Below, in pieces: positions 24,386 to 34,489 of a DNA stretch of 56,426 bases. The position numbers and the translations under genes were made by a program. Within the stretch, counting starts at the first letter, position 1; the number at the start of each line of letters is the position of its first letter. A model generated the notes under the pieces. It saw only the letters and a program-made list of their open reading frames with translations, was not told the origin of the DNA and made no database searches. This DNA is from a virus, in the IMG/VR virus record IMGVR_UViG_3300025087_000082, positions 1 to 56,426 of that record; one strand, given 5' to 3'.

Positions 24386-26383
24386 GTGGCGATTGTTGAA
24401 ATCGTTATACAAGGCAAAGATGAAACGTCGGGGATGTTTGGGAACATCGGCGGCGCTCTTTCCAATCTTGGTAATATCGTCACTGGTATCAAGGCCGGTT
24501 TCGATTTGCTTGCCGGTGCATTTAATAATATCGTTGAGTTCGGCAATCAATTTGTGGTATCAGCCAGCGAGAGCGAGCAGGCTATCGCACGACTGGAAGG
24601 TATCTTGAGAGCGACAGAGGGAGCGGCTGGATTGACATCCGAGCAATTACAAAGTATGGCGGGTTCGCTCCAGGGGATAACGCGTTTCTCCGATGAGACT
24701 ATCCTAGCTGGAGCGTCCCTGCTTTTGACGTTTCGCAATATCAGCGGGGAAACTTTTGAGCGAACCGTCCCGGCGATGCTCGACATGGCGGAGATATTCG
24801 GGAGCGTCGATTCCGCCGCCATGCAATTAGGCAAGGCCTTGAATGATCCCTTGAATATGCTCGGCTCACTGACGCGTGCGGGCGTCACCTTCACTGACGC
24901 TCAAAAGGAAATGATAAAGAATTTCGTGGAAACGGGTAACGTGGCCGCCGCGCAAAATATCATCCTGACAGAAGTGGAACAGCAGGTCGGCGGATTGGCT
25001 GAGGCAATGGGACAGACATTCGCGGGCCAAGTGGAGATTGCCAAAAATAAACTGGATGAAATGAAGGAAATAATAGGAGGGCCTGTCCTGGCTGTGCTTG
25101 GTGATTTGCTTACGAAGTTAATGGAATTTGCCGATACCAACCCTGTTATTCAAGGAGTAATTGGCTTCTTTGAAAGATTCAATGATCTATTGAGATCAGA
25201 GGGCGATATACCTTTTTTGTCCGCACTCGGCGCGGCGATGCTTGATCTTGAGAATTTATCGCCTATATTGCATGACATTGGATATGCCCTGATTGTCATG
25301 CAGGGCGGATTGAATTTAGGACTTGAACCGCTGGAGGCGTTCAAGAAAGGGCTGGCTGACCTGGCTATCGTATGGGAAGGTACTCCACTTGAGGATGTTA
25401 TTACAGCCATTCAGAGTTTTATAGAGACAGGAGAGACGGAAGGCTGGGGAACGGCAATTCACAATCTATTTTCTGAGATTTGGACTAATCTTGATGTGCC
25501 TACCAAGATACAAGAATTAGTTGACACGCTCACTACTGCTATTGCAGGGGCGAATTGGGCGGGAGTTATTGATACTCTTGCTGATGTGGTCGCTGAGGTA
25601 ATACGACTTACTTTTGCGGGATTGGATATTATTGTCAATCAGGTCGACTGGGGGCCAATGGGTATTGCTTTGAAAAACGCAATCAGCGAAGCATGGCAGG
25701 GCGCGATGGAGGGAGTGGATGTTGGGTATACATTACAAACATATTTGGTTGACCCAATCATGGATAAACTTGTTGAGGCCTGGGTTGGCATTGTAGATTT
25801 CATAGTCGGCAAAGATGCCTGGATACAAATCGGGCAGGCCATCAAAGATGGCTGGCAAAAAGTAGTGGATTTCGACTGGTCATGGGATGCCAACGCGTGG
25901 GTACATGAGAAAATCATTGACCCTATAAAGAAATGGCTCGGCATTTCCAGTCGATCGACTGTGTTCATGGAGATCGGCAAAGATATCGTCCAGGGTCTAT
26001 GGGATGGAATGGCCTTTATGTGGAATGGTTTCGTGGATTGGGTGGGGGAGAAGATAGGCGCACTGCTCAGTGCTCTTACACTCCAAAATATATGGCAAGT
26101 CATCACGACTGATTTGACGCTGGCCGAATTACTCCAGGGCGCATATACCGGCACTTCTACAGGTTCCGGTAGTCCAGGTGGTTGGGGAGGGTATGTAGGC
26201 GGCATGACGGGCAGCGGGACTGGCAGTACCGGCGGTGGTACAGGCGGCGGAACGGGAACGGTTGTCAATCAATACTTCGCGGGCGCGACGATCAATGTCG
26301 GTTCGTGGAGTGAAATCGCCTATGACTGCATTTATCCCAACCCGTTCATCGCAGCGACCAGCGGGCAGTTAGGCGGAGTATGA
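24386..26383 (+). CDS. Tape measure protein
   Basis: 665 aa, helical and Ala/Leu/Gly-rich, with a Gly-rich C-terminus (GSGSPGGWGGYVGGMTGSGTGSTGGGTGGGTG). GTG start. Confidence 0.85.
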   Translation: MAIVEIVIQGKDETSGMFGNIGGALSNLGNIVTGIKAGFDLLAGAFNNIVEFGNQFVVSASESEQAIARLEGILRATEGAAGLTSEQLQSMAGSLQGITRFSDETILAGASLLLTFRNISGETFERTVPAMLDMAEIFGSVDSAAMQLGKALNDPLNMLGSLTRAGVTFTDAQKEMIKNFVETGNVAAAQNIILTEVEQQVGGLAEAMGQTFAGQVEIAKNKLDEMKEIIGGPVLAVLGDLLTKLMEFADTNPVIQGVIGFFERFNDLLRSEGDIPFLSALGAAMLDLENLSPILHDIGYALIVMQGGLNLGLEPLEAFKKGLADLAIVWEGTPLEDVITAIQSFIETGETEGWGTAIHNLFSEIWTNLDVPTKIQELVDTLTTAIAGANWAGVIDTLADVVAEVIRLTFAGLDIIVNQVDWGPMGIALKNAISEAWQGAMEGVDVGYTLQTYLVDPIMDKLVEAWVGIVDFIVGKDAWIQIGQAIKDGWQKVVDFDWSWDANAWVHEKIIDPIKKWLGISSRSTVFMEIGKDIVQGLWDGMAFMWNGFVDWVGEKIGALLSALTLQNIWQVITTDLTLAELLQGAYTGTSTGSGSPGGWGGYVGGMTGSGTGSTGGGTGGGTGTVVNQYFAGATINVGSWSEIAYDCIYPNPFIAATSGQLGGV

Positions 26384-28296
26384 ATCTTCTTTTGCTGACA
26401 TGGAACGGGATTAGCATCAATAACGGCTCGCCGTTCTATTCCGATTTCCCGCCCGGCTCGAAAGTGAATATACATGGTAATGTTGTTACCGTTCCGCGTG
26501 CGGATAACTACCCGTATGTTGCGGGAATAGTGGCAGACCCACAATCTCTTATAATCCGAGTGCGGATTGCGGCGGGGCAGGACATTGACACAAACCGGGA
26601 ATTACTCAAGCAGTATTTCAACTTTGAGGATAACACCCGCCACAACCTAATTGCGGAAAATGGAGCAAGCGGAACGCAGTGGTACGTGACCGGCTTTGTG
26701 CGCGATGTGCGGAATGAGGGGACAAATAAAAACTCATTCATGGTCTTATTCCAGATCGAGTATCCATACTGGAAACTCGTCACGGCGACGGACACAACCT
26801 GGAATGTAACAGCAACCGGGCAGACGCAGGCGATCACCAACGCAGGCAACCGCAAGATTGGGCCGAAGCTGACCCTGACCCCCACTAGCGCGAAAACGGG
26901 CGGATTATCTTACCGGCGCTGGATACCGATCTATAACAATATGGATATATCCTACATTGCCCCGCTGGATATTACATCCGGCGGGCTGGATACGGCAACG
27001 CTCACAACCGCCAAGATGCAGGCAGACGGGGATGATTTCCTGGTGCTCGTGGATGGGATATTTGTAGATAGATGGCTTCAGGACATGGACACGGCAAATA
27101 CAAAATGTTGGGTCAACCTGAACCTGGGGCCGCGCCGGGAAGGGACGACCAACACATCTATCGCAGGCTCCGGGGCGATCACCACCATTACGTTTGCAAA
27201 GACAAAGGCCAACCTGGAATTCCTGCACGCGATGGCGGCGGCGGTTAATAAGGTTGTGCTGATTGATTCGGAGGCGTTTACCTTCACGGGCGTCAATCTG
27301 GTAACCTATCAACTGACAGGCGTAACACGTACCAAAAAAGATACAACCATCGCGGCGCACACGCAACCGAAAACGGTACGCTGGATCGAGCATGACATCT
27401 GGATTTTATACGGGGATAGTACATTGACTGCTCCAGACGTGGACAATGATAACAAGCCGATATTCTCGCTCGCCTCCACAAACGGGGCCTGGGTGTTCAC
27501 AAACTTTTACGATGCGGACAGCGCCCGGACGGGCATGTGGAAGGGGGAGGTCTTATCATCCCGCACCGGGTTATCTTATGTCTACACCGCGCCGGATAAT
27601 ACCTTTGCTGACCCATCCACGTCGCTTGGGCTGGCGCTGATTGGCTCGGCAGACTTTCAGGTCCAGAACGAGACAGGAACGCTTGATTGGATATTTTCAC
27701 ACCCCGCCACGATCACGACTGTTTTGTTTTCTGGTGATAAGTACGCGTCTGGAAGCTGGCCCGCGATTGCCGGGCTGCAATATCTGCAAACAAATGCCGT
27801 ATGGTTTACCGCCGACAACCAGGCTGTTCCAACTGTGACTTATACGTGGCAGAGTTTTGGTCCTACGACCACATCACTAGCCACCCCCTACCCCTCCGCG
27901 ATCCGCTTCGTGATTGACGGCCTGCTGTCATCTGCAATCAGCGAAATGGCGCTTGTCCAAATCGACACAGTGACTATAACCTTTTCGAGTTCCAACCTAC
28001 CCACAATTGCGGTCGGGGCTGAAGCCGCCGCATATTACTTTGATGCTACTCTCACCAACAATACAAGCGGCGAGTATATCAAGTGCGCTGTGCCGTGCAT
28101 TTTGAACGATGTGGTGACGATCGATTGCGAGACGAAGGACGCGTATCTCTCGGACGGGAGCAGGGTCAATGTTACTTTGTCAACCGACCGTAGCGAGTGG
28201 CTCGACCTTTCCGTAGGTGCGAATACGCTGCAATGGGATGATGTGGGCAGCAACGCAATAACGATTCATGTAATCCATCGCGACAGGGTGCTCTAA
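26380..28296 (+). CDS. Distal tail protein (large Dit-like)
   Basis: 638-aa ORF overlapping the TMP stop. Confidence 0.5.
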   Translation: MNLLLLTWNGISINNGSPFYSDFPPGSKVNIHGNVVTVPRADNYPYVAGIVADPQSLIIRVRIAAGQDIDTNRELLKQYFNFEDNTRHNLIAENGASGTQWYVTGFVRDVRNEGTNKNSFMVLFQIEYPYWKLVTATDTTWNVTATGQTQAITNAGNRKIGPKLTLTPTSAKTGGLSYRRWIPIYNNMDISYIAPLDITSGGLDTATLTTAKMQADGDDFLVLVDGIFVDRWLQDMDTANTKCWVNLNLGPRREGTTNTSIAGSGAITTITFAKTKANLEFLHAMAAAVNKVVLIDSEAFTFTGVNLVTYQLTGVTRTKKDTTIAAHTQPKTVRWIEHDIWILYGDSTLTAPDVDNDNKPIFSLASTNGAWVFTNFYDADSARTGMWKGEVLSSRTGLSYVYTAPDNTFADPSTSLGLALIGSADFQVQNETGTLDWIFSHPATITTVLFSGDKYASGSWPAIAGLQYLQTNAVWFTADNQAVPTVTYTWQSFGPTTTSLATPYPSAIRFVIDGLLSSAISEMALVQIDTVTITFSSSNLPTIAVGAEAAAYYFDATLTNNTSGEYIKCAVPCILNDVVTIDCETKDAYLSDGSRVNVTLSTDRSEWLDLSVGANTLQWDDVGSNAITIHVIHRDRVL

Positions 28297-28298
28297 TG

Positions 28299-28565
28299 TT
28301 ACCAAGCACCTTTTTCGGCAAATACAGATTCATCTTTGCTGTCAATGCGCTCTCTGATTTCCTTGATACGGCGGACAATCTCATCAACTCTTGGCTTCAT
28401 TTCTTGATGATACGTTTCGCCTTGCCAGATGTGCCAGTTATTCCATCCGCGAATAGTTGCAGTAAAGCGGCGAAAGCCAAGATCAGGGTCAATCAACATA
28501 CTCTCTGTAATGGTTGCGCCTGCTACCCATTTATGTCTTGCGAGTATTTTCCATTTCTTAGTCAT
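28299..28565 (-). CDS. Hypothetical protein co-oriented with HNH
   Basis: 88-aa ORF overlapping the HNH gene stop. Confidence 0.45.
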   Translation of the reverse strand: MTKKWKILARHKWVAGATITESMLIDPDLGFRRFTATIRGWNNWHIWQGETYHQEMKPRVDEIVRRIKEIRERIDSKDESVFAEKGAW

Positions 28566-29085
28566 GTGATTCTCTCCAAGTTTTACCGTTTACTATGTAC
28601 CAAATCGTCGTCTTTACGACGCCATATCTATCTGCCAAACCTTGAAGGCTACAGCCTCTCACGTTGTTGGGATTGTATAGTTTACGGATTTCTTCAACTT
28701 GTTTTCCTGTTAGTTTGTGGCTTGGGGCTTGTTCTCCAATGTAATATTTCTCCCTACCTTTTCTCACCATATCATCCATATTGTCTTGTTGTGTTCCTAA
28801 AAACAAATGGTCTGGATTTACACATTTTCGATTATCGCAATGATGACAGACAAATAAATCAGAAGGGTCGCCTTTGGTTAGTTTATATGATACGCGGTGT
28901 GCTTTTTCCGCCCTATCGTAAAAACAAATTTCACCATAGCCCTTTTTGCCAACCGTCCCTGCCCATTCCCAGCATCTTGTGCCATTGTAAAAAGTTGTGG
29001 AATTTTCTTTGTCTACCCGCCCCCAGAATCTATCAATATATTTGTGCGGTATACTATTCATATCAAGCCTCCTGTGCTTGGTCAT
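28558..29085 (-). CDS. HNH homing endonuclease (HNH_3 type with C-terminal HTH)
   Basis: CWEWAGTVGKKGYG...AHRVSY...CHHCDNRKCVNPDHLFLGT..DN. Confidence 0.85.
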   Translation of the reverse strand: MTKHRRLDMNSIPHKYIDRFWGRVDKENSTTFYNGTRCWEWAGTVGKKGYGEICFYDRAEKAHRVSYKLTKGDPSDLFVCHHCDNRKCVNPDHLFLGTQQDNMDDMVRKGREKYYIGEQAPSHKLTGKQVEEIRKLYNPNNVRGCSLQGLADRYGVVKTTIWYIVNGKTWRESHD

Positions 29086-29140
29086 TCCCCCGGATGTTCA
29101 AGCATCGCGGGGGTTCATTGATGGGGGTAATTATAACATA

Positions 29141-30202
29141 ATGCCTAGTAATCTGCGTGTTTTTGACCACTTCTGCAAGCCCCTCGCCTACCTAGAATCA
29201 CCCACCACGCCCAGATCGTGGCTCCTGAACGGCTTCGGCAAAGCGGAATTCTCGGTCGGCTTGCAATATCTCAAGGACAAGTTCACGCCGAAAGAAGAAA
29301 CGGTCATGCAATACGGTAATCTTGTGTTCGTGGAACATATCCCCTCAAAAGACGCGGCGGGAACGGCAAACGGGAAATTACCGGACTGGGTCGGTATCAT
29401 CCTGCCTGACCGGAATTGGCCGGATAAGATTTTGAACGCAACAGCATACAGCGCGGAGGCAATCCTTACCTTTCGCCCCATGCCCCTGACCAAGATAAGC
29501 GGCACGCCCGCATCGATGTTTAAGCAGATGTTGGACATGGCGCACATGATCACTAATGATATTGTCATTCAGCCGGGAGTTATTGAGGACATTCCCGAAA
29601 CGTTCGGGGATAGTCTCGCCACCTCCGCCTATGACCACATCAAGAAACTATGCGCGAATTCGGGCATGGATTGGGACGTGACCGGGCAGATCGACGGGCG
29701 CGGTAATCTGCAACTATACGCCAACCTGTACAGGAGCAAGGGCGCGGTCACCCGGCTGGAATTGACGAGAGACAATGTTGAAGGCAGCGGGCCTCTCCTG
29801 ACCGAGCAGGGAACGCCTTATAACGTCATTTACGGATATTCCCAGGCAAGCACGAAGGAAAGTAGATATTTCGCGAAGGGGATTAATCAGGCGTCAGTGG
29901 ATAAGTACGGGGTACTGGCAACCAATATCGTTTTTTCCGGCATCACAGACCAGACATCCCTTGCCAACGCCGCGCAAACAATGGCGGATAACTCGCCGCC
30001 ACGAATAAAACTTCACCGCGTGGCGCTGGATATTGGTAAGACATTTGACAGCCTAGCGGCGGGGAACACAGTCACCGTGAGAGATAATGCAGTTGGTTTC
30101 AAGCCCGGCGGGGGCTTCGGCTTCGCGGCGAGTGCGCGGATATTGTCATTGGATTACAACGACCTGACAAATAACGCGCCGCTCAATTTGGAGATCATCT
30201 AA
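29141..30202 (+). CDS. Tail tip / baseplate-hub-like protein
   Basis: ATG at 29141, 353 aa. The upstream part of the track ORF is antisense to the HNH gene. Positional call. Confidence 0.45.
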   Translation: MPSNLRVFDHFCKPLAYLESPTTPRSWLLNGFGKAEFSVGLQYLKDKFTPKEETVMQYGNLVFVEHIPSKDAAGTANGKLPDWVGIILPDRNWPDKILNATAYSAEAILTFRPMPLTKISGTPASMFKQMLDMAHMITNDIVIQPGVIEDIPETFGDSLATSAYDHIKKLCANSGMDWDVTGQIDGRGNLQLYANLYRSKGAVTRLELTRDNVEGSGPLLTEQGTPYNVIYGYSQASTKESRYFAKGINQASVDKYGVLATNIVFSGITDQTSLANAAQTMADNSPPRIKLHRVALDIGKTFDSLAAGNTVTVRDNAVGFKPGGGFGFAASARILSLDYNDLTNNAPLNLEII

Positions 30203-31008
30203 TGGCAATTGTGAATGAGGGCGGCGGAGGCGGCGGTTCTTCCACGGATACAGGCGTCTGCGCCATCTCACCATCTGATTTGGTCAGTTACACAGGAAAC
30301 GGGCTAAACCGCATCAAGAGTTTGGAACAGAGAGTAGCGGAATTGGAAGCGGCAATAGTCCAGGTGAACCAACTCTCGGATTTGTCCCAGCAGGTCGGCT
30401 GGGTGGGCAATGTCATCTATATGGGAGTAGAGGGCTGGACACAAACAGAGTACGGGACGCTGATACCGCCTCCCGGCGTGAGTTTCTCGTCGCTCGGCTT
30501 CACCCTCTCGGATGGCAATACCTACCCGTTCGTCGTCATGGACGAAAACGGCGTGTTGCAATATGGGTTTACCAATACCGGCGGAGTGGGCGGGGCATTA
30601 TCTGGCAGTGTTTCTGATTACATTGTATTGGACGATTCATCTGCTGCGCGCCCCCCGGCGTTCACCACAGTCGCATCTCTTGGCACTGCCCTGTCATGCA
30701 TTGGGGATAATGTGATTTCAATCTCCGCGGCTGGGCTTTACATGATAACGTTTCACTGTTCCTTCAAAATGCCAACAGCGGCAACAGATCAGGATACAGC
30801 AGTAGACATTTACAACGGCACGACGCATTATTATGTCACGAACTACTATAACAAGAATACCGCAGACGGAACGCAGCAAAACCAGACGATTACAACCACC
30901 TTTGCATGGTATTTAGCATCCGGTTATACCCTCACTTTTACCTATGGCACGGCTGGAACGTCTGGTGCCCACATGGTTGCTACAGTAGTAAGACTTACGC
31001 GGAGTTAA
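30202..31008 (+). CDS. Tail fibre-like protein
   Basis: Gly-rich N-terminus and coiled coil LEQRVAELEAAIVQVNQL. Confidence 0.45.
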   Translation: MAIVNEGGGGGGSSTDTGVCAISPSDLVSYTGNGLNRIKSLEQRVAELEAAIVQVNQLSDLSQQVGWVGNVIYMGVEGWTQTEYGTLIPPPGVSFSSLGFTLSDGNTYPFVVMDENGVLQYGFTNTGGVGGALSGSVSDYIVLDDSSAARPPAFTTVASLGTALSCIGDNVISISAAGLYMITFHCSFKMPTAATDQDTAVDIYNGTTHYYVTNYYNKNTADGTQQNQTITTTFAWYLASGYTLTFTYGTAGTSGAHMVATVVRLTRS

Positions 31009-31042
31009 TAACCCACCCGTTTAGAAAGCTCATGGAGAACTT

Positions 31043-31765
31043 ATGCCATATAGAAATCTAGCACGCGAATACTCAACCACCCCAGGTACATCCGATTGTG
31101 TCCTTACCGGCGCTGTTCCCGGCTGCAATACTTGGGATTTGGCGGGCGTAGTGACCGGGGAAGTAGTGCGCTATGGGATCATCACCTATTCAACGACCAC
31201 GAACCGCCCGACGCATTCGGAGATCGGGGTTGGGACGTATACCACCAGCACAAAGACACTCGCGCGAACAACAGTTGAAAGTAGCACAGCGGCGGGCGCA
31301 AAGATCACCCTGACAGGATTATCCGAAGTCTATATCTGCCCTACTCGCAAGGACTTGCCGGTCTTTGCGGCTTATTACGGATCGACATTGGTGGTCAATG
31401 ACACGGTGGATAATGCGTTGCTGGATGTTTCTACCGAGTGGACAGACGAACACGGTCTGGCAACGCTGGCAAGCGACGTAATCACAATAAATTATCCATG
31501 CTGGGCGAGTATCTCCATGCAGGTCACATTCGACGCGGCGTCGGCTTTCAACGGTTACGTTCATGTCGAGTGCAACCAATACGGGCAGGGAACCCGCAAG
31601 GGATACACAACCGCGATGGGCATCCTGTCAGACACAATCTTTCTTGGCCCGTTCCTGTTCAATGTTACGACTACGCAGGCGGTTAGCTTTCAATTCGATA
31701 ACCACCTGGGCGCGAACGCGAACACGATTATCAATGATGTGCAGATAGAGGCGTGGCTAAAATGA
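31043..31765 (+). CDS. Hypothetical tail protein
   Basis: 240-aa ORF in the distal tail module. Confidence 0.45.
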   Translation: MPYRNLAREYSTTPGTSDCVLTGAVPGCNTWDLAGVVTGEVVRYGIITYSTTTNRPTHSEIGVGTYTTSTKTLARTTVESSTAAGAKITLTGLSEVYICPTRKDLPVFAAYYGSTLVVNDTVDNALLDVSTEWTDEHGLATLASDVITINYPCWASISMQVTFDAASAFNGYVHVECNQYGQGTRKGYTTAMGILSDTIFLGPFLFNVTTTQAVSFQFDNHLGANANTIINDVQIEAWLK

Positions 31766-31983
31766 TAGGATTTGACGGCATCGGCTTCCACGCCATAGGC
31801 GAGATGATAACGAATCTTTCCGCGCCGCTAACCTTCGATCCGGTCTCGCGCATCGTGGCCGGGGGCTGGTCTAACAATAGACCGGCTGAGGTGGCAGAAC
31901 TGGGTCTGGATTTAATTTGGGATAACGGTGATTATATAGTTTGGGATAACGGCGACAGGATTAATTGGATGCAATCCCCCTAG
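31753..31983 (+). CDS. Hypothetical protein
   Basis: 76-aa ORF. Confidence 0.4.
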   Translation: MAKMIGFDGIGFHAIGEMITNLSAPLTFDPVSRIVAGGWSNNRPAEVAELGLDLIWDNGDYIVWDNGDRINWMQSP

Positions 31984-31995
31984 TAGGAGATTATT

Positions 31996-32475
31996 ATGGC
32001 AGGCAGAAGATACATAGATGATGATACAGGCACAGGCGCGTCAGCAGGCGAAAAGACAACGCTGACAGGAGCGGAGTTCATTCCTATTTCCGGGAATTAT
32101 GTCGCTGCGGTTTCCACTGTCTTGAAATATACGCTTCAGAAATTGTCCACTACCACCGGCGTTGACATGAAAACGGCGGGGGCTACAACCCTTTATACCG
32201 TCCCTGCTGGAAAGACAGCCTATATTATGGTGGTTGTGATTCGGGATAACTCCGCAAGTTTGGCGGGCGGGACAGATTATGATTTTACAGGCTGGCGGCA
32301 AAGCGTGGATTTATCGGGGATGACCACCGCTAACACAACCTATCGAGTTTTGTATGCTACTGATAACACAAGTTACACGGAGGCGGCTGCGGCGTCTACA
32401 TTCCAGATCACAGTATCCACCGGCGCGACGGCTGCGGGTACAGCGACGATTGATGTATTTGGGTTCCTGGTGTAA
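31996..32475 (+). CDS. Hypothetical tail protein
   Basis: 159-aa ORF, the last plus-strand structural gene. Confidence 0.45.
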   Translation: MAGRRYIDDDTGTGASAGEKTTLTGAEFIPISGNYVAAVSTVLKYTLQKLSTTTGVDMKTAGATTLYTVPAGKTAYIMVVVIRDNSASLAGGTDYDFTGWRQSVDLSGMTTANTTYRVLYATDNTSYTEAAAASTFQITVSTGATAAGTATIDVFGFLV

Positions 32476-32493
32476 AGCACTTCCCCACAAAGC

Positions 32494-32528
32494 AATCAGA
32501 CCTGCTTGGCTCTAACTCAGGTCTGATT
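32494..32528. other. 11-bp stem hairpin between convergent operons
   Basis: AATCAGACCTG-13 nt-CAGGTCTGATT. No clear T-run on either side. Confidence 0.4.
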
Positions 32529-32696
32529 ACGGGAACGGAAACGCGCTTCCTGTCGCCTGCCTGCGCGGGCAGGGGCGGCTTGGCTCTGGTTGTGTAGTAG
32601 GGGGAAAAGACGGGCTGAAGGGAGAGGATCGCCGCCTCTCCAATTGTACACTTATGCGAAATAAGTGTCAAGTAGGCTAAATTCAGATTTAGGCTG

Positions 32697-32838
32697 TCCT
32701 AACGGCTGGCGTGAACTACTATATTAACTTGTCGTAGCTTACCGAATGCGTGTTTTTTGATGACGGGGGGCCAATTTCTTCAACACCCGTAGTTGGGCGT
32801 TGTTCAAGTGCGCGGATCGCCTGCATGCCTTGTTGGGC
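32697..32838 (-). repeat. attC-like site 1 (last, degenerate)
   Basis: Minus strand: R'' GCCCAAC (32838..32832), then AAGGCATGCAGGCG ..., then L' CACGCCAGCC and R' GTTAGGA (32703..32697). Arm pairing is weaker than at the other sites. Confidence 0.55.
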
Positions 32839-32961
32839 TGCCTCTAACTCCTGCAACCTTATTTGCAGGCGGGATATCTCGATACTTAACGCCTTCAAGC
32901 AATCGGCATCGTTTCTATGACTCATTATAATAAGACAACCACAACTCAAACAAATTTTCAT
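32719..32961 (-). CDS. Cassette I ORF 2 (80 aa)
   Basis: GGGAG lies before the ATG at 32961, 2 nt after the upstream stop. Confidence 0.55.
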   Translation of the reverse strand: MKICLSCGCLIIMSHRNDADCLKALSIEISRLQIRLQELEAAQQGMQAIRALEQRPTTGVEEIGPPSSKNTHSVSYDKLI

Positions 32962-32963
32962 GT

Positions 32964-33152
32964 CTACGACACTCCCATGTATGGCGAACTATTTTTCGCA
33001 ATTGCCTTTGTATTCTTTGATTTGCAGTATATACAAGGTTTCTTGTTGCGTGGGTAATTCAAACACCACGCACGACCACGACCACAACCAAAGCAATACA
33101 TATTAGGCTTTTTACGCAAATCCTTTCCGAGCAACATAGAAATTAGAGACAT
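32964..33152 (-). CDS. Cassette I ORF 1 (62 aa, zinc-ribbon-like)
   Basis: AAGGAG lies before the ATG at 33152. CFGCG...CIYC. Confidence 0.55.
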   Translation of the reverse strand: MSLISMLLGKDLRKKPNMYCFGCGRGRAWCLNYPRNKKPCIYCKSKNTKAIAKNSSPYMGVS

Positions 33153-33175
33153 ACAACTCCTTGTACCGCGAAGCG

Positions 33176-33298
33176 GGCTAACGGCTGGCGTTACTGGCGG
33201 GCGTATTGATGCTCAACACATTCGCCAGATTCAACATCGCTTTCGCGCAACACTATTCCGCACTCACGGCAAAGCCTGTCCAGTGCACGCTGTTGGTG
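33176..33298 (-). repeat. attC-like site 2
   Basis: R'' CACCAAC-AGCGTGCACTGG ... CCAG-TAACGCCAGCC-R' GTTAGCC. The ORF stop is the TAA inside the L' box. Confidence 0.7.
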
Positions 33299-33412
33299 GT
33301 GGGCATACCAATCATCACCAAATATGCGTAAATCTTCAATCCATTTCGCTTTATTGACAGCTTGTTCTTTTGTGCCATATTTTTCGATATAACAATCAAT
33401 TAGTAATTTCAT
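33191..33412 (-). CDS. Cassette H ORF (73 aa)
   Basis: AGGAGAAAGG lies before the ATG at 33412. MKLLIDCYIEKYGTKEQAVNKAKW... Confidence 0.55.
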   Translation of the reverse strand: MKLLIDCYIEKYGTKEQAVNKAKWIEDLRIFGDDWYAHHQQRALDRLCRECGIVLRESDVESGECVEHQYARQ

Positions 33413-33438
33413 AATATTGCCTTTCTCCTGGGCAGTCC

Positions 33439-33567
33439 GCCCAACGGCTGGCGTTACCCGCTGGTGGTGGGGATAGGAACACAAGCATGGGTTACATTCT
33501 TCCCGCTTGGGAAACCACAATCCGGGCAGGCGTGCCCACCACCAGTCGGGTGCACGCTGTGTTGGGC
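33439..33567 (-). repeat. attC-like site 3
   Basis: Plus strand: TCCGCCCAAC-GGCTGGCGTTA-CCCG-CTGGTGGTGGG pairs with CCCACCACCAG-T-CGGG-TGCACGCTGT-GTTGGGCGGA. There is a 10-bp R stem, an unpaired spacer, a 15-bp L stem and one unpaired T. Confidence 0.85.
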
Positions 33568-33876
33568 GGACAACCATAAACAATCTTTACTGTGGATAAC
33601 TTCACCTTCTTTGTCTTTTTCGTATTCTTTACAAAAGAAACAGTACAAACCGCCTTGAAATTCATACATTGGATCAAGCTGTGTTAGGATGCCCCTAAGC
33701 CTTCGGATTTCGGCGATTAGAAAAGGGACATCGTTTTGGATAACCTCTTTGCCATACTCGGATGCGTAGAGGAAACCACCATCGAAATGACACCCGCGAG
33801 TTGCGCGCCAATGTATCATTTCAAGTTCATCTTCTGTGAGTTCTTTATACTTCTGCACAGGTTTACTTTTTGGCAT
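33454..33876 (-). CDS. Cassette G ORF 2 (140 aa)
   Basis: ORF from the track. Its 3' end is encoded by attC 3. Confidence 0.6.
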   Translation of the reverse strand: MPKSKPVQKYKELTEDELEMIHWRATRGCHFDGGFLYASEYGKEVIQNDVPFLIAEIRRLRGILTQLDPMYEFQGGLYCFFCKEYEKDKEGEVIHSKDCLWLSAQHSVHPTGGGHACPDCGFPSGKNVTHACVPIPTTSG

Positions 33877-34018
33877 TTTTTTCCTTTCTCATTTTTGCGG
33901 CAATCTCTTTACACTTGGCAACGCCAGCACGGACGGCACGAAGATCAACGCGAACCATCATTTGATGATAGTGCAACTCTTGCCGAAGTTCTTTGATAAT
34001 GGTTTTACTTGTTTTCAT
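33863..34018 (-). CDS. Cassette G ORF 1 (51 aa, basic helical)
   Basis: Translated by hand as MKTSKTIIKELRQELHYHQMMVRVDLRAVRAGVAKCKEIAAKMRKEKNAKK. It overlaps the next start. Below the 60-aa cutoff of the ORF track. Confidence 0.4.
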   Translation of the reverse strand: MKTSKTIIKELRQELHYHQMMVRVDLRAVRAGVAKCKEIAAKMRKEKNAKK

Positions 34019-34043
34019 GGAGTACTTTTTTGTGCACGAGGCA

Positions 34044-34165
34044 GCCTAACTTTTGCGTTAGCGGCGGCGGATTGTGCCACGCATTACCGAATGCAGTTCA
34101 CCTTTTTCGGAAATACCAACATTTTCGCGCACGTCATCAGCCGTCCGCTGCACGCTTTGTTGGGC
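34044..34165 (-). repeat. attC-like site 4
   Basis: Minus strand: GCCCAAC-AAAGC-GTGCAGCGG-A-CGGC ... GCCGCCGC-TAACGCAAAA-GTTAGGC. L stem GCGGCGGC/GCCG-T-CCGC with an unpaired base. Confidence 0.85.
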
Positions 34166-34354
34166 GGCTTCCATGATTATTTGAATGGCAGAGATTGACA
34201 GATTTATACAATGAAAATCTGCAACGCCAATTACAGGACTCATGTGTCTGATAATACTAACTGTGCCATTACTCCTAATTTCGGCATAATGTACGTTATC
34301 AATCTCAACCGTCTTTAGGGTTGTTACTCCAATTGTAGGATCATCGTTTTGCAT
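34058..34354 (-). CDS. Cassette F ORF (98 aa)
   Basis: AGAAAGG lies before the ATG at 34354. Confidence 0.55.
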   Translation of the reverse strand: MQNDDPTIGVTTLKTVEIDNVHYAEIRSNGTVSIIRHMSPVIGVADFHCINLSISAIQIIMEAAQQSVQRTADDVRENVGISEKGELHSVMRGTIRRR

Positions 34355-34378
34355 AATTACCTTTCTGTGGGCGAGTCC

Positions 34379-34489
34379 GCCCAACGGCTTGCGTTAGCCG
34401 CCCTTTACAGGCTGTTTACCTTTGCTGGAGATCACGACTGCGGGCATTTTGCCAATGCTTTCAATAGTCGGCTGCACGCTTTGTTGGGC
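34379..34489 (-). repeat. attC-like site 5
   Basis: GCCCAAC-AAAGC-GTGCAGCCGACT ... CGGC-TAACGCAAGCC-GTTGGGC. Confidence 0.8.

Noticed and set aside
28296-29141. A 281-aa plus-strand ORF.
   Set aside because: It is antisense to a clear HNH endonuclease and its companion gene, and its composition is low-complexity and Cys/Leu/Phe-rich. The real plus-strand gene starts at 29141.
32476-32696. ORF 32408..32671 (minus strand) and possible terminators between the tail genes and the array.
   Set aside because: The ORF has no RBS and lies in a hairpin-rich spacer. The hairpins lack flanking T-runs on either strand, so I report only the largest one as a structure.
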